50,238 nt of DNA from Patescibacteria group bacterium (GTDB lineage: Bacteria; Patescibacteriota; Patescibacteriia; GWA2-46-9): the NCBI GenBank assembly GCA_041660005.1, contig JBAZXG010000002.1, positions 188,037 through 238,274 on the forward strand. Direction: 5' to 3'. The stretch's first letter is position 1, and each line of letters begins with the position of its first letter. A program made the translations under genes and the position numbers. The notes beneath the pieces were generated by a model. The model was not told the origin of the DNA. It searched no databases and saw only the letters and a list, made by a program, of their open reading frames with translations. Shown piece after piece: positions 36,891-46,901 of the stretch.

Positions 36891-36927
<37 letters not shown>

Positions 36928-38463
36928 CACCCCGATGAGGGGAATGAAATAGTATCTGAAACCGTCTACTTACAGAGAGTCGGAGCCCCGACGTTACGTC
37001 GGGGTGACGGCATGCCTATTGAAGAATGAGCCAACGAGTTTGTTTCTATCGCTCGTCTAAGCCCACGTAGGGCGGAGGCATAGTGAAAGCGAGCGTTAAT
37101 AGCGCGAATTTCATACTTCAGTTATGTGGTTGTCCCGATGTAATGTCGGGATTGCCGCTGACTGCAGTATGAACCAGCGGTAGGAACAAGACCCGAAGCC
37201 GGGTGATCTAGCCATGGCCAGGATGAACGTTGCCGAAAGGCAACGGGAGGTCCGAACCCACGCGCCGTACAACACGCGGGGATGAGCTGTGGTTAGCGGT
37301 GAAATTCCAATCGAACTCGGCGATAGCTGGTTCTCCTCGAAATAGCTTTAGGGCTAGCGCTACAGTGACACTCAGGGGTAGAGCACTGAATGAGAGGCGG
37401 TGGAGCAATCCTACGACTTTCAACCAAACTCCGAATACTGAGATCGTTATACTGTGGTAGTCAGACTATGGGGGCTAAGCTCCATCAGTCAAAAGGGAAA
37501 CAGCCCAGACCGGCAAATAAGGTCCCAAAATCTCTTCGTACCTGCGGGTACGGAGCCCGGATTTTTGGCATATGCCAAAGAACGGGGGATTAAGTGTAAA
37601 AGGTGGTGAGATGATTGAAACAACCAGGAGGTTTGCTTAGAAGCAGCCATCCTTTAAAGAAAGCGTAACAGCTCACTGGTCAAATCGTCTTGCGCCGAAA
37701 ATATACCGGGGCTTAAATCCAGTACCGAATTTCCGGATCTTTCTGATTTATCAGAGAGATGGTAGAGGAGCGTTCTGAACTGCGTTGAAGGGAGACCCGT
37801 GAGGGATCCTGGAGCGTTCAGAAGTGAGAATGTTGGCATAAGTAGCATAAAGACGGGTGAGAACCCCGTCCACCGTAAGCCTAAGGGTTCCTGGGCAACG
37901 ACAATCGACCCAGGGTTAGTCGGTCCTAAGGCGAGGCCGAAAGGCGTAGTCGATGGATGAGCAGGTTAATATTCCTGCACTTGCTTCCGCGTAGAGCGTT
38001 GTGCGCTTTCCTCAGGTTTCCGCGTTTTTTGGCTATAAACGTGCCGCAAGGCGTAGACAAAGCCGCAAGGTGGAGTCAATGGAGACGTAGGGGGAGTCTA
38101 GAAAAGCAACGTATCAATCCGATGTAATGTTGGAATGGCGGAGGTAAACCGTACTGCAAACCGACACAGGTAGGCGAGGAGAGCATCCTCAGGTGTACGA
38201 GAGAACCCTCGTTCAGGAACTCGGCAAAACAGCGACCGTAACTTCGGAATAAGGTCCGCCCCGACGCAAGTCGGGGTCACAGCAAAAGATCTCAAGCGAC
38301 TGTTTACCAAAAACACAGGTCCCTGCGAAAGCGAAAGCTTATGTATAGGGGCCGATGCCTGGCCAGTGTCAGAACGTTAAGGGGATGGGTCATATCCTTC
38401 GGGATGGCAGCCTTGAACCGAAGCGCTGACGAACGCCGGCGATAACTATAATCGTCCTAAGGT

Positions 38464-38810
38464 TGAATGCTGCCTTAGTGAGGTGTAAGCCCTCCTCTGA
38501 ACTTCGTATGCCGCGAAGAGGTAAGAGAAAATTTGGCCAAATGCTGGAATATCTGATGAATCTGACACTACTAAGGAAACTTTTTTAAGTTACCAAGTGA
38601 CAATGTGATCAGTGCAGACAATCAGCAGGAAAGATCCCGATATTATATCGGGGAATCCTCAGAGACTAAACGCCAGATCCGCCAGTTGGCGGAAAGATAT
38701 AGTCCGAACTGCATGGCGACATGCAGAGACGAACAGAAATGATTTGTCCGCGTAACGATTGGCTATTCGCTATTTGCGATTTGCCAGTTTGTTGCGAAGC
38801 AACAGACTAG
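38464..38810 (+). mobile_element. ORF-less group I intron in 23S (after CCUAAGGU, about E. coli position 1931)
   Basis: The exon junction restores GGTCCTAAGGT|AGCGAAATTCC. The 5' exon ends in U, and the IGS gccttag (38472-38478) pairs with ctaaggt with a U.G at the splice site. The intron ends in G. Its core is shared with the second intron. Confidence 0.85.
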
Positions 38811-38863
<53 letters not shown>

Positions 38864-39351
38864 GAGAACTGTCTTAACGAGGGACTCGGCGAAATTGCAA
38901 GAGGGGTAAAGATGCCCTTGACCCGTAGCTGGACGAAAAGACCCCGTGAAGCTTTACTATAGCTTGCTATTGAGTTGGGAATACGCCTGTTCAGAATAGG
39001 TGGGAGCCGCAAGGCGACAGTGAGATACCACCCTTGTGTATTTACAACCCTAACCCTGTGCCATGAATCTGGCGCGGGGGACAGTAGCTGGTGGGTAGTT
39101 TAACTGGGGCGGTTGCCTCCTAAACAGTAACGGAGGCGTTTACAAAGGTTGGCTAGTCCCGGATGGAAATCGGGACGATAGGGCAAAGCCATAAGCCAGC
39201 TTTACTGCAACTCCTACAAGAGAAGCAGTTGCGAAAGCAGAACTTAGTGATCCGACGATCCAATGTAGGATGGTCGAAGCTCAACGGATAAAAGCTACTC
39301 CGGGGATAACAGGCTAGTCAGGCCCAAGCGTCCACAGCGACGGCCTGGTTC

Positions 39352-39384
<33 letters not shown>

Positions 39385-39418
39385 GTGGAGAAGCTCCCAA
39401 GGGTTTGGCTGTTCGCCA

Positions 39419-39462
<44 letters not shown>

Positions 39463-40209
39463 AAGACCTTGCTGTCTATAAATTCGGCTATATGCTGGAA
39501 ACCCTGACAGAACCTCAAACAGGAGTAGAGGTTCGAAGAATCTCACACTACGTGTTATAATATTACTATTATGATACGTGACAATGTGATGAGTGCAGGC
39601 AATCAGCAGGGAAGGTTATCGAAAGGTCCTAATCCGTGGTATGTATCAGGGTTCGTTGATGGTGAAGGGAGTTTCCATGTAGCGGTTTACAGAGATAGAA
39701 GAATGAAAACCGGCTGGAAGATTATTCCTGAATTTCATGTGTCACAACATGAATCAAGTCGATATGTGCTCGATGAGCTCATTTACTTTTTTCAATGTGG
39801 CTATGTGAAAGCTAACCATCGAGAGAAACCAAGTGACGTAACCGTCGTTTACGTTGTTCGTAATCGAAATGATCTAACAACAAAAATCATCCCGTTTTTT
39901 TCTGAGTACCCGCTGCGAACCGAAAAAAATAAAGATTTTCAGAGGTTCGCAAGAGTTCTGGATTTAATGAACAAAAACGCCCATAGAAATGGTGTGGGGA
40001 TGAAAAAAATTGTGAAGATTGCTTACGAAATGAATAAAAACGGTCGTTACAGAAAGAGACCACTAAAGGAAATTCGATAAAACCCTCAGAGACTATACGC
40101 CGAATCCGCCAGTAGGCGGAAAGATATAGTCCGAACTGCATGGCGACATGCAGATCTCGACGGAAACGCTCGAGACATTTCATTATTTAATGAAGTAGTA
40201 ACAAAGTTG
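39463..40209 (+). mobile_element. Group I intron in the 23S peptidyl-transferase region, carrying a LAGLIDADG ORF
   Basis: The junction restores GTGAGACAGT|TCGGTCTCCTATC. The IGS gctgtct (39471-39477) pairs with agacagt with a terminal U.G. The intron ends in G (40209). Confidence 0.85.
39571..40080 (+). CDS. LAGLIDADG homing endonuclease (single-motif type)
   Basis: [16 protein letters not shown] is the LAGLIDADG motif. The ~165-aa size fits the homodimeric type. The ORF lies inside the intron. Confidence 0.9.
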   Translation: MIRDNVMSAGNQQGRLSKGPNPWYVSGFVDGEGSFHVAVYRDRRMKTGWKIIPEFHVSQHESSRYVLDELIYFFQCGYVKANHREKPSDVTVVYVVRNRNDLTTKIIPFFSEYPLRTEKNKDFQRFARVLDLMNKNAHRNGVGMKKIVKIAYEMNKNGRYRKRPLKEIR

Positions 40210-40550
40210 TCGGTCTCCTATCCGCTACGGGCGCGGAAACTTGCGGAGTCTCTTCCTTAGTACGAGAGGACCGGGAAGAACGAACCTCTGGTGTACCAGT
40301 TGTCCTGCCAAGGGCATCGCTGGGTAGCCAAGTTCGGTTAGGATAAACGCTGAAAGCATCTAAGCGTGAAGCCGTCTCCAAGATTAGGTTTCATTTAAGG
40401 CCTCCCAGAGATTATGGGATTGATAGGCGCTACGTGTAAGTCCCGCAAGGGATTCAGCGGAGGCGTACTAATCGGCCAATGCCTCGGTGCTGATGTTGGT
40501 TTACATCGCTTCTTTTTCTGATTGCAAATATATACTGTGAGCTCCACAGT

Positions 40551-40657
40551 CCTGGTGCTTCTTGCGGCGGGGGTACACCTGTTCCCATCCCGAACACAGC
40601 AGTTAAGCCCGCCAGCGCCGATGATACTCGAAAGGGGAAAGTAGGTCGGCGCCAGGA
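40551..40657 (+). rRNA. rrf: 5S rRNA
   Basis: CCTGGTG....CCCATCCCGAACACAGCAGTTAAGC...GCCGATGATACT...GGGAAAGTAGGTCGGCGCCAGG. It is flanked by the inverted repeat gtgagctccacagt / actgtggagctcac and then TTTTTATTTT. Confidence 0.95.
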
Positions 40658-40692
40658 CTGTGGAGCTCACTTTTTATTTTATCTTCATTACT

Positions 40693-40887
40693 GTAGCTCG
40701 TGATTCATCACGAGCAAGTCAAAGGTAAAGGATAAAATAATCCTCAGTGAATACGTAGGATTACCTAATTCTTTCTTTAGTAGCTCGCGATTTATCGCGA
40801 GGAAGTCAAAAGAAAAGGATAAAATAATCCTCCCTGTCCTGAGTCCTTCATTCCCTCAGGATAAACTGAGCGTAGCTATTTATCGCG
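40693..40887 (+). repeat. ~53-nt direct repeat, 2.3 copies, period ~87-92 nt, each with two hairpins
   Basis: gtagctcgtgattcatcacgagcaagtcaaaggtaaaggataaaataatcctc (40693-40745), gtagctcgcgatttatcgcgaggaagtcaaaagaaaaggataaaataatcctc (40780-40832), and a partial gtagctatttatcgcg (40872-40887). Confidence 0.85.
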
Positions 40888-40920
40888 TTCCTGTCTCTTT
40901 TTTGCTAGCATAGTGAGGCC

Positions 40921-41682
40921 ATGAAAAAATCACGCATTGGTGTAGTCATTTTAGCGGCAGGTAAAGGTAAACGCATGGCGCATCGTTTACCAAAAGTACT
41001 TATTCCTGTGGGTGGAACACCCATGATTTTGCGTGTACTTGATGCTGCCCTAGCAGCAAGATTTCAAACAAAGCCAATACTCGTTGTTGGCTATAAGAAA
41101 GATTTAGTAAAAAAAGTCGTCGGCAACCGTGCTCGGTACGCTGTGCAGCAAAGAGCGCTTGGTACGGGTCATGCCGTGGCAGCAGCCATGCCGTTATTAC
41201 GTAAAGACAAAGTTGACCGCGTGGTCGTCATTTATGGCGACCATCCTTTTGTAACTGCCATAATGTTAAAAAAGTTGGTGACTGCGCTTCAGAAAAAAGG
41301 AACTGTGCTCTCGTGCGTTACAGTGCGTGTTCCCAGTTTTCACGATGAAGGGCGAGCTTGTCTGCACTATGGGAGAATCCTTCGCGACAAAAGCAATCGT
41401 TATGTGCGAGCGTGTATTGAGTATAAAGATGCTACGGTAAAAGAACGCAAGATTCGAGAAGTTAATTCCGGGCAGTATTGTTTTGACGCAGTGTGGTTAG
41501 AGAAGTCTTTGCCGCGCTTAAAGAAAAAAAACCTGTCCCATGAGTATTACTTAACCGATCTCATTGGTTTAGCGGTTGCCGATGGCTACGGTGTCACTCC
41601 TATTACACCGCGTAATTGGCGCTCAGGATTAGGTGCAAATACCATTGAAGAGATTCAGCTGGCTGAGCGTTTCACGCATTAA
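40921..41682 (+). CDS. Sugar-1-phosphate nucleotidyltransferase (GlmU N-terminal-domain-like, no acetyltransferase half)
   Basis: VILAAGKGKRM...LPKVL.PVGG.PMI; QQRALGTGHAV; 253 aa with no left-handed beta-helix repeats. Confidence 0.75.
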   Translation: MKKSRIGVVILAAGKGKRMAHRLPKVLIPVGGTPMILRVLDAALAARFQTKPILVVGYKKDLVKKVVGNRARYAVQQRALGTGHAVAAAMPLLRKDKVDRVVVIYGDHPFVTAIMLKKLVTALQKKGTVLSCVTVRVPSFHDEGRACLHYGRILRDKSNRYVRACIEYKDATVKERKIREVNSGQYCFDAVWLEKSLPRLKKKNLSHEYYLTDLIGLAVADGYGVTPITPRNWRSGLGANTIEEIQLAERFTH

Positions 41683-41735
41683 CGGCAAATACTATGCAAG
41701 AGATCGCGTCCACTTATCATAATAGCTATTAAAAT

Positions 41736-42587
41736 ATGCCAGAGCAGCAGTCTTTTGTACCTGATTCTGCGCGTGAGCAAACGCCGAATATTTTCGTTGA
41801 GGTACTTCAGGGAGATAACCGCCAGGGTATTTCCGAGTATATCGACCACGAAGCCAATAACGGTTTTGAGACGCATACACAGAGAGCTGCTCGGTACCGT
41901 GAGCGGGGTATTATTGAACCACAGCTAAGCGACGACGATGCAGAGAAAAAGGCGCGTGAGCTTTTTATTGGCCAACGTCAAAAAGAAATTCAAGAAAACA
42001 GATTACAGGTGGTTATGGGCCGCGATGGGGCTGCCCCTGATGCACCGCTCGTTGCTACCAGTGTTGTAGTGCTTGAAAACGGCACGATGGGAAAAAAAAT
42101 TGGCCCAGACGAAGCGTGGGCCGCAGGAACTCTGGTTAAGCTTGACCAGCGAAGTTTGGCCATTGGTGAGCACATGGCCGCAGCCCAAGAAGAAATTGCG
42201 AAAGCGAACGGTAAAAAGGAATTACTTACGGGGATTGATGTTGATAACTTAGCAAGTATTGGACTGCGTTTAAAAGTTGGCTACGAACTTTGGCAAGTCA
42301 GAGAAGATGATAAATCGTATGGACTACGAAAAGACTTATCTACGGGAAAAACAGAGAGTGGATGGGCTTCAAAGGTGCTGGAGGGGACATTGCGTTTTCC
42401 GCCTGCCGATGCTGACCAATTCATCGATGAAGCAATACTCATAGATTCAAATGACACTGCCCGAGCGCGTGCTGCAATTGAGCAAGGGTATCGCGGTGTT
42501 GCGCTGCTTTGGAAGAAAAATTTTGAGGGTGTTCCTCCGCCGTTCGAAGGATCAGCTATCGTGTTTACGCGGGAGAACAAACCATAG
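41736..42587 (+). CDS. Hypothetical protein (283 aa)
   Basis: Long ORF with no recognised motif. Confidence 0.5.
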   Translation: MPEQQSFVPDSAREQTPNIFVEVLQGDNRQGISEYIDHEANNGFETHTQRAARYRERGIIEPQLSDDDAEKKARELFIGQRQKEIQENRLQVVMGRDGAAPDAPLVATSVVVLENGTMGKKIGPDEAWAAGTLVKLDQRSLAIGEHMAAAQEEIAKANGKKELLTGIDVDNLASIGLRLKVGYELWQVREDDKSYGLRKDLSTGKTESGWASKVLEGTLRFPPADADQFIDEAILIDSNDTARARAAIEQGYRGVALLWKKNFEGVPPPFEGSAIVFTRENKP

Positions 42588-42598
42588 GCAACTATCTT

Positions 42599-43861
42599 AT
42601 GCTCAATGAAGCAATCGTTGATCTCCATATTCATTCAAAGTTTTCTCGTGCTTGTTCTCGTGATCTGACGCTACCGAATATTGCGGCTACCGCCGCCCAC
42701 AAAGGCATTCACCTTATGGGGACGGGCGACTTTACCCATCCAGGTTGGCGGCGCATGATGCATGACGAACTCCAGGAGAGCAGTTCCGGATTTTACCAAT
42801 TGAGGCAGAATAAAAAATCCTTACCCGTTGAGTTTGTTCCGAGCGTAGAAATATCCTGTATTTATAGTAAAAACGGAAAGGTACGGCGGCAGCATGTGCT
42901 CATTATCGTGCCGACACTGAACGCCGCAGATACGCTTTCAAAGCGACTGGAACAAATTGGCAACCTGGCTGCTGACGGTCGGCCGATTCTTGGATTAGAC
43001 GCGAAGGAGCTATTAAAAATTACCCTTGATATTGCGCCAACAGCGCTCGTCATTCCGGCACACGCCTGGACGCCATGGTTTTCACTTTTTGGTTCTAAGT
43101 CGGGCTTTGACAGCATTGAAGAGTGCTTTGAGGAATTAGCGCCGCACATTTCTGCTATTGAAACAGGTCTCTCTTCTGACCCGCCAATGAACTGGCGTTT
43201 ATCAGCGCTTGACCACGTGACGCTTGTTTCAAACTCGGATGCGCATTCATTAGACAATCTAGGCCGTGAGGCAAATGTTTTTAAAAAAGGAAAGGGGTTA
43301 ACCTACGAGCGGCTGAGAGCCATTTTGCGGCAAGAAGAGCGCGGCGGCTTTCTTTACACCATCGAGTTTTATCCCGAGGAGGGAAAATATCACGCTGATG
43401 GTCACGCCGTTTGCGGCGTGCGCCTGCAACCAGAGGAAACAAAGAAATATGGTGGTCGTTGTCCGAAGTGTGGCCGTCCGATTACCGTTGGCGTGCTTAG
43501 CCGTGTGCAGATACTTGCTGACCGCGCGCTAACGAACAAGCGTGACGGTCGTGTGCCGTTCCGCTACATTGTGCCACTTCGAGAAATTATTGCTGAAGTT
43601 ATTGGCATTGGCAAAAAGACAAAGGGGGTAGCGCGCGTTTACGACGCGCTGGTACCGACTTTAGGTACGGAATTTGAAGTACTTCTTGAGGTACCGACGT
43701 CAGCTATTAAAGCAGCGGGTTTTCCTGAAATAGCTGAGGCGGTGCATAGAGTGCGTACGGGCAAAGTGACGGTACTACCCGGGTATGACGGGATATTCGG
43801 TACGGTCTCTGTTGGCGCACCGGGGCATAAACAAAAAACGCAGACGCCACTTTTTTTGTAA
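42599..43861 (+). CDS. PHP-domain protein, endonuclease Q-like (tentative)
   Basis: N-terminal VDLHIHSKFSRACS, later histidines (PAHAWTPW, NSDAHS), and a Zn ribbon CPKCGRPITVGVLSRV. This fits my recollection of the EndoQ/TIGR00375 family. Confidence 0.55.
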   Translation: MLNEAIVDLHIHSKFSRACSRDLTLPNIAATAAHKGIHLMGTGDFTHPGWRRMMHDELQESSSGFYQLRQNKKSLPVEFVPSVEISCIYSKNGKVRRQHVLIIVPTLNAADTLSKRLEQIGNLAADGRPILGLDAKELLKITLDIAPTALVIPAHAWTPWFSLFGSKSGFDSIEECFEELAPHISAIETGLSSDPPMNWRLSALDHVTLVSNSDAHSLDNLGREANVFKKGKGLTYERLRAILRQEERGGFLYTIEFYPEEGKYHADGHAVCGVRLQPEETKKYGGRCPKCGRPITVGVLSRVQILADRALTNKRDGRVPFRYIVPLREIIAEVIGIGKKTKGVARVYDALVPTLGTEFEVLLEVPTSAIKAAGFPEIAEAVHRVRTGKVTVLPGYDGIFGTVSVGAPGHKQKTQTPLFL

Positions 43862-43871
43862 CGGGAACAAC

Positions 43872-43904
43872 AAAAAAGAACCCCCACTTCGGGGGTTCTT
43901 TTTT
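43872..43904. terminator. Bidirectional intrinsic terminator
   Basis: AAAAAA gaaccccc acttc gggggttc TTTTTT, between convergent genes. Confidence 0.85.
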
Positions 43905-43915
43905 ACGACAGAAGT

Positions 43916-44017
43916 TTAGCGCTTCTTAGCTTTCTTAGCCTTCTTCTTAGTCGATTTCTTAGCGGCCTTTCGCTTTGGGGCTGCCTTCTTCTTTGCTGCT
44001 TTCTTTTTCTTTGCCAT
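43916..44017 (-). CDS. 33-aa Lys/Ala-rich highly basic microprotein (not in the ORF track)
   Basis: GGAGGTGA lies 6 nt before the ATG (44017). Translation: MAKKKKAAKKKAAPKRKAAKKSTKKKAKKAKKR. The gene ends 12 nt before the bidirectional terminator. Confidence 0.6.
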   Translation of the reverse strand: MAKKKKAAKKKAAPKRKAAKKSTKKKAKKAKKR

Positions 44018-44228
44018 TGAAATCACCTCCTTCCGGTGTAGCACTGTTCGTTTTAACCGTGCTCGTAAGTTTAAATATTTTTCGCACGTTTTGAACTATT
44101 CGTAAGTATACAACAAATAAAGTGTGTCAACAATAGTTTTTGCAAAAAATAAAAGTGAATTTGAAAATATTTTTTATAAAATTTTTTTAACGACCAAGTA
44201 TTACAAAATATTTTTTCATAATCGTAAA

Positions 44229-44304
44229 TGGTGGACTCGAGGGGATTCGAACCCCTGACCTCTCGGATGCAAACCGAGCGCTCTACCAACTGAGCTACGA
44301 GCCC
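44229..44304 (-). tRNA. tRNA-Ala (anticodon UGC), CCA encoded
   Basis: GGGCTCG-TA-GCTCAGTTGGTAGAGC-G-CTCGG-TTTGCAT-CCGAG-AGGTC-AGGGG-TTCGAAT-CCCCT-CGAGTCC-ACCA, with the G3:U70 Ala identity pair. Confidence 0.95.
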
Positions 44305-44618
44305 GCAGGCGAAACAGGAACAGGACCAAATGAGCGAAAGAGTCCCCCAAAAAGCCCTAAAACTACGTCTCCGATGAGTCCCGTCATCATCAGTAGACCA
44401 ACGATGATGGCAATGATGCCGACTAATTTATATCCAAGCCGAGAGCCGCCGTAGAAGCGGAGCCAGCTTTCTGCCCAGCCAATACTACCAGCAAAAGAGA
44501 GCACTGCTTCAGTGTAGATGATGAGCAGTGTGCCAAGCACTGCAATGACGAGTCCCCAGAAGAAAGCCATGGCCTGTGGATAACTTAGTAAGAAAAATCC
44601 CTCTTTGCCGATAATCAC
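44295..44618 (-). CDS. Small membrane protein (about 3 TM), hypothetical
   Basis: Hydrophobic segments. ATGA start/stop overlap with the upstream RNHCP gene. The last 10 nt overlap the tRNA-Ala 5' end, so the exact 3' end is questionable. Confidence 0.5.
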   Translation of the reverse strand: MIIGKEGFFLLSYPQAMAFFWGLVIAVLGTLLIIYTEAVLSFAGSIGWAESWLRFYGGSRLGYKLVGIIAIIVGLLMMTGLIGDVVLGLFGGLFRSFGPVPVSPAGS

Positions 44619-44914
44619 GGCAACGGGTTCTTTCCTAATAGTATAAGAAGTTGGAGATTATCGGAAGAGCTCGCACGATTCTTTTTTACCGCTCCGCATA
44701 TTTGGCACGCATGATATATGTTATAGCCGTCGCGACCATATCGAGAGGCGATTGGTTGCATCATACCATGGCACTGTGACGCCCTATCTCCCGGGTCAAT
44801 GTCGACAGGTTTTGACCAGAGGCATGACGGGCAATGATTGGTATAGCCATCGCTTGCGGCATGCGTTTCACAATGTTCGCAGACGAATGGTTCAATACGT
44901 CGGGTAAAGGACAT
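44615..44914 (-). CDS. RNHCP domain protein
   Basis: FVCEHCE....GYTNHCPSCLWSKPVDIDPGDR...C.G.M.P, a Cys-rich RNHCP signature with T in place of R. Confidence 0.65.
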   Translation of the reverse strand: MSFTRRIEPFVCEHCETHAASDGYTNHCPSCLWSKPVDIDPGDRASQCHGMMQPIASRYGRDGYNIYHACQICGAVKKNRASSSDNLQLLILLGKNPLP

Positions 44915-44996
44915 AAGGTATCAGTTGCCGCATTGTAGCGGGTTTTCCGAAACATGCAAGTACCGAGTTGCCGAACAGGACTAAGCGTTGTACGCT

Positions 44997-45497
44997 ATGC
45001 AAACTATGGTTGAACCAGATATAAAGTCGTTAGTTGCCAGTTTTGCTGACGTGTTACCAAAATTTCCTGATGGTCGCATCAACTACCGCGACGCTAAAAC
45101 AGCGCCGGTGCTGAGCGCTGTGGTGCGGCGTCAGCAGGAAATTTTATTGCTCAAACGAAGCGATCAGGTACGTTACTACCAGGGCAGGTGGAATGTTGTT
45201 GCAGGGTATATTGATGCAATGACTACACTTCAAGACAAAGTACTTGCTGAGTTGCATGAGGAACTTGGTGTGACCAATGAACTCATTCATGTTGTCGACT
45301 ATGGGATGCCGCGGACCGTTATTGATAAGGAAGTTGGCGTGCAGTGGATTATTTTTCCGGTATTGGTGGAGCTTTTGGTGAAACCGGTTCTGCAATTAAA
45401 CGAAGAGCACACGGAATATCGTTGGGTGCTGCCGGAAGAAGTCAAAAATTTTTCTACCGTCCCTCTTTTAGGTGACACGCTTGCGGCATTTCTATGA
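44997..45497 (+). CDS. NUDIX-like hydrolase
   Basis: W.VVAGYID....LQDKVLAELHEELGV is a degenerate Nudix box (..ELHEELGV). ATG 44997 is preferred over TTG 44988. Confidence 0.6.
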   Translation: MQTMVEPDIKSLVASFADVLPKFPDGRINYRDAKTAPVLSAVVRRQQEILLLKRSDQVRYYQGRWNVVAGYIDAMTTLQDKVLAELHEELGVTNELIHVVDYGMPRTVIDKEVGVQWIIFPVLVELLVKPVLQLNEEHTEYRWVLPEEVKNFSTVPLLGDTLAAFL

Positions 45498-46054
45498 CCA
45501 AACAGTTTGTCTCTCGCGCTGGGCAAAAGTTGCAGCATGCCCTTGATACTTTTGGACTCAACGTTCAAGAGTTAGTGGCAGCGGATCTTGGTTGCTCAAC
45601 CGGCGGGTTCACCGACTGCTTGCTGCAAAACGGAGCGGTTAAAGTGTATGCCGTTGATACGGCCTATGGGGTACTCGAATGGAGATTAAGAAATGATCCG
45701 CGTGTTGTGGTGTTGGAGAGGACGAATGCTTTGCATGTTGTACTACCGGAGCAAGTGGACTTCATTTCGATTGATGTCGGCTGGACGAAGCAAAAGCTGA
45801 TCGTGCCCTACGCGCTGACGTTACTCAAAGCAGGCGGCATTATAGTGTCGCTTATGAAGCCGCACTACGAGGCGGAGCGCTTGTGGCTGAACGCTGGCAC
45901 GGTGAAAGAAGAATTTTTACCAAATGTCATCGCCAAGGTCGAAAGTGAACTCGCTGCCGGAAACATTAAAGTAGAAAACATTACCGAGTCACCCATTATC
46001 GGCGGCAAGGGGGGGAATAAAGAATATCTCTTGCTTATTCGGAAGATGGGTTGA
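45494..46054 (+). CDS. tlyA: TlyA-family rRNA 2'-O-methyltransferase (no S4 domain)
   Basis: VSRAG.KL..AL..F......V.ADLGCSTGGFTDCLLQNGA.KVYAVD..Y..L.W.LR.D.RV...ERTN. 4-nt overlap with the upstream gene. Confidence 0.8.
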   Translation: MTKQFVSRAGQKLQHALDTFGLNVQELVAADLGCSTGGFTDCLLQNGAVKVYAVDTAYGVLEWRLRNDPRVVVLERTNALHVVLPEQVDFISIDVGWTKQKLIVPYALTLLKAGGIIVSLMKPHYEAERLWLNAGTVKEEFLPNVIAKVESELAAGNIKVENITESPIIGGKGGNKEYLLLIRKMG

Positions 46055-46114
46055 CATGCACAAGCTTTTCCTTTAGGGTAGTGGTGGGTTTTAATCACCA
46101 TAATTTATAACATT

Positions 46115-46366
46115 ATGGCGGAACGATTTCGGGGTGAGAACCCAGGCGCGTTTGATGCCGACGTTAGGGCAGCAGCCGCCGAGCAAGCAAGGTCGGCTAT
46201 GCGTGAGGCACGGGAGGCATTAGAAAGAGCGAAGGAGTTGGGCGTTCGGGTCGACGACCATCGTGATGCTGTGCGAGCCGCAGCCGCGGAGGTGCTCCGA
46301 ATCTGGCCGAGCGAAGCCACTCCACAGACAGAGGACGTGCCCCAAGAAATAAAAGAAGCCGCCTAG
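46115..46366 (+). CDS. Hypothetical Ala/Arg/Glu-rich helical protein (83 aa), GC-rich
   Basis: ATG-initiated ORF followed by a strong hairpin. Its composition is unlike the neighbours, and the opposite strand is also open, so coding status is moderate. Confidence 0.4.
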   Translation: MAERFRGENPGAFDADVRAAAAEQARSAMREAREALERAKELGVRVDDHRDAVRAAAAEVLRIWPSEATPQTEDVPQEIKEAA

Positions 46367-46386
46367 TATAAAATTTGAAATAGAAC

Positions 46387-46413
46387 AAATACCCCGGTTT
46401 CCCCGGGGTATTT
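46387..46413. terminator. 11-bp hairpin terminator
   Basis: aaataccccgg tttcc ccggggtattt. Confidence 0.7.
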
Positions 46414-46728
46414 GTTTAGTGCTTATCAAAAAAGCCGCGTCTCAAAATAGTATCCCAACTTCTTCTTTGAGACTTCTGGGGGTGGTCTTTTTGTGGGGAG
46501 TTTCCTACATGTTCTCCTGTTGGCGGCGGACAACTGAGACAGGGTTTATATTGTTCGTGCGTTTCGCAGAGCTCGAGCCTTATTTCTCCTTGTGGTGGTT
46601 GGTTTTTACCTTCGCGCATGTAAAAAGAGTAGCATAAATTGCTTTTTTATCAACTTTTACCAGCGTAACAGCTGAGCCAAACAATTCAATTAACCTTGCG
46701 GATGTTCGTAATTTTGCGGGGTAGTTGA

Positions 46729-46860
46729 TTAAGATAAGAGCCGAACGATAACCACAATGAGGGCAATAACGAGTAATGCATGAATGAGCTTGCCACCAAT
46801 TTTGAGGCCAAATCCAAGAAGCCAAAGAACAAATAAAATTATAATAACAGTCCAGAGCAT
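46729..46860 (-). CDS. lmo0937-family small membrane protein (43 aa, not in the ORF track)
   Basis: MLWTVIIILFVLWLLGFGLKIGGKLIHALLVIALIVVIVRLLS. It matches my recollection of the family pattern MLWTIIVIL..LWLLG......G.LIH.LLVIA....I.RL. Confidence 0.6.
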   Translation of the reverse strand: MLWTVIIILFVLWLLGFGLKIGGKLIHALLVIALIVVIVRLLS

Positions 46861-46901
46861 CGTTGTATTGCTAATTGCTTAAGCTCAGTTATTTGTGCAC
46901 A

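Noticed and set aside
40693-40887. CRISPR array (also considered for 49859-50080).
   Set aside because: Only two to three copies are present, the units are 53-93 nt and imperfect, there is no regular repeat-spacer periodicity, and no cas genes are in the window.
46416-46825. ORFs 46416-46619 (minus), 46419-46637 (plus) and 46580-46825 (minus).
   Set aside because: They are mutually overlapping, lack SDs, have no motifs, and one begins inside the terminator. The 46580-46825 frame conflicts with the much better lmo0937-family microprotein frame (46729-46860). The ~300-nt stretch 46414-46728 stays unassigned.
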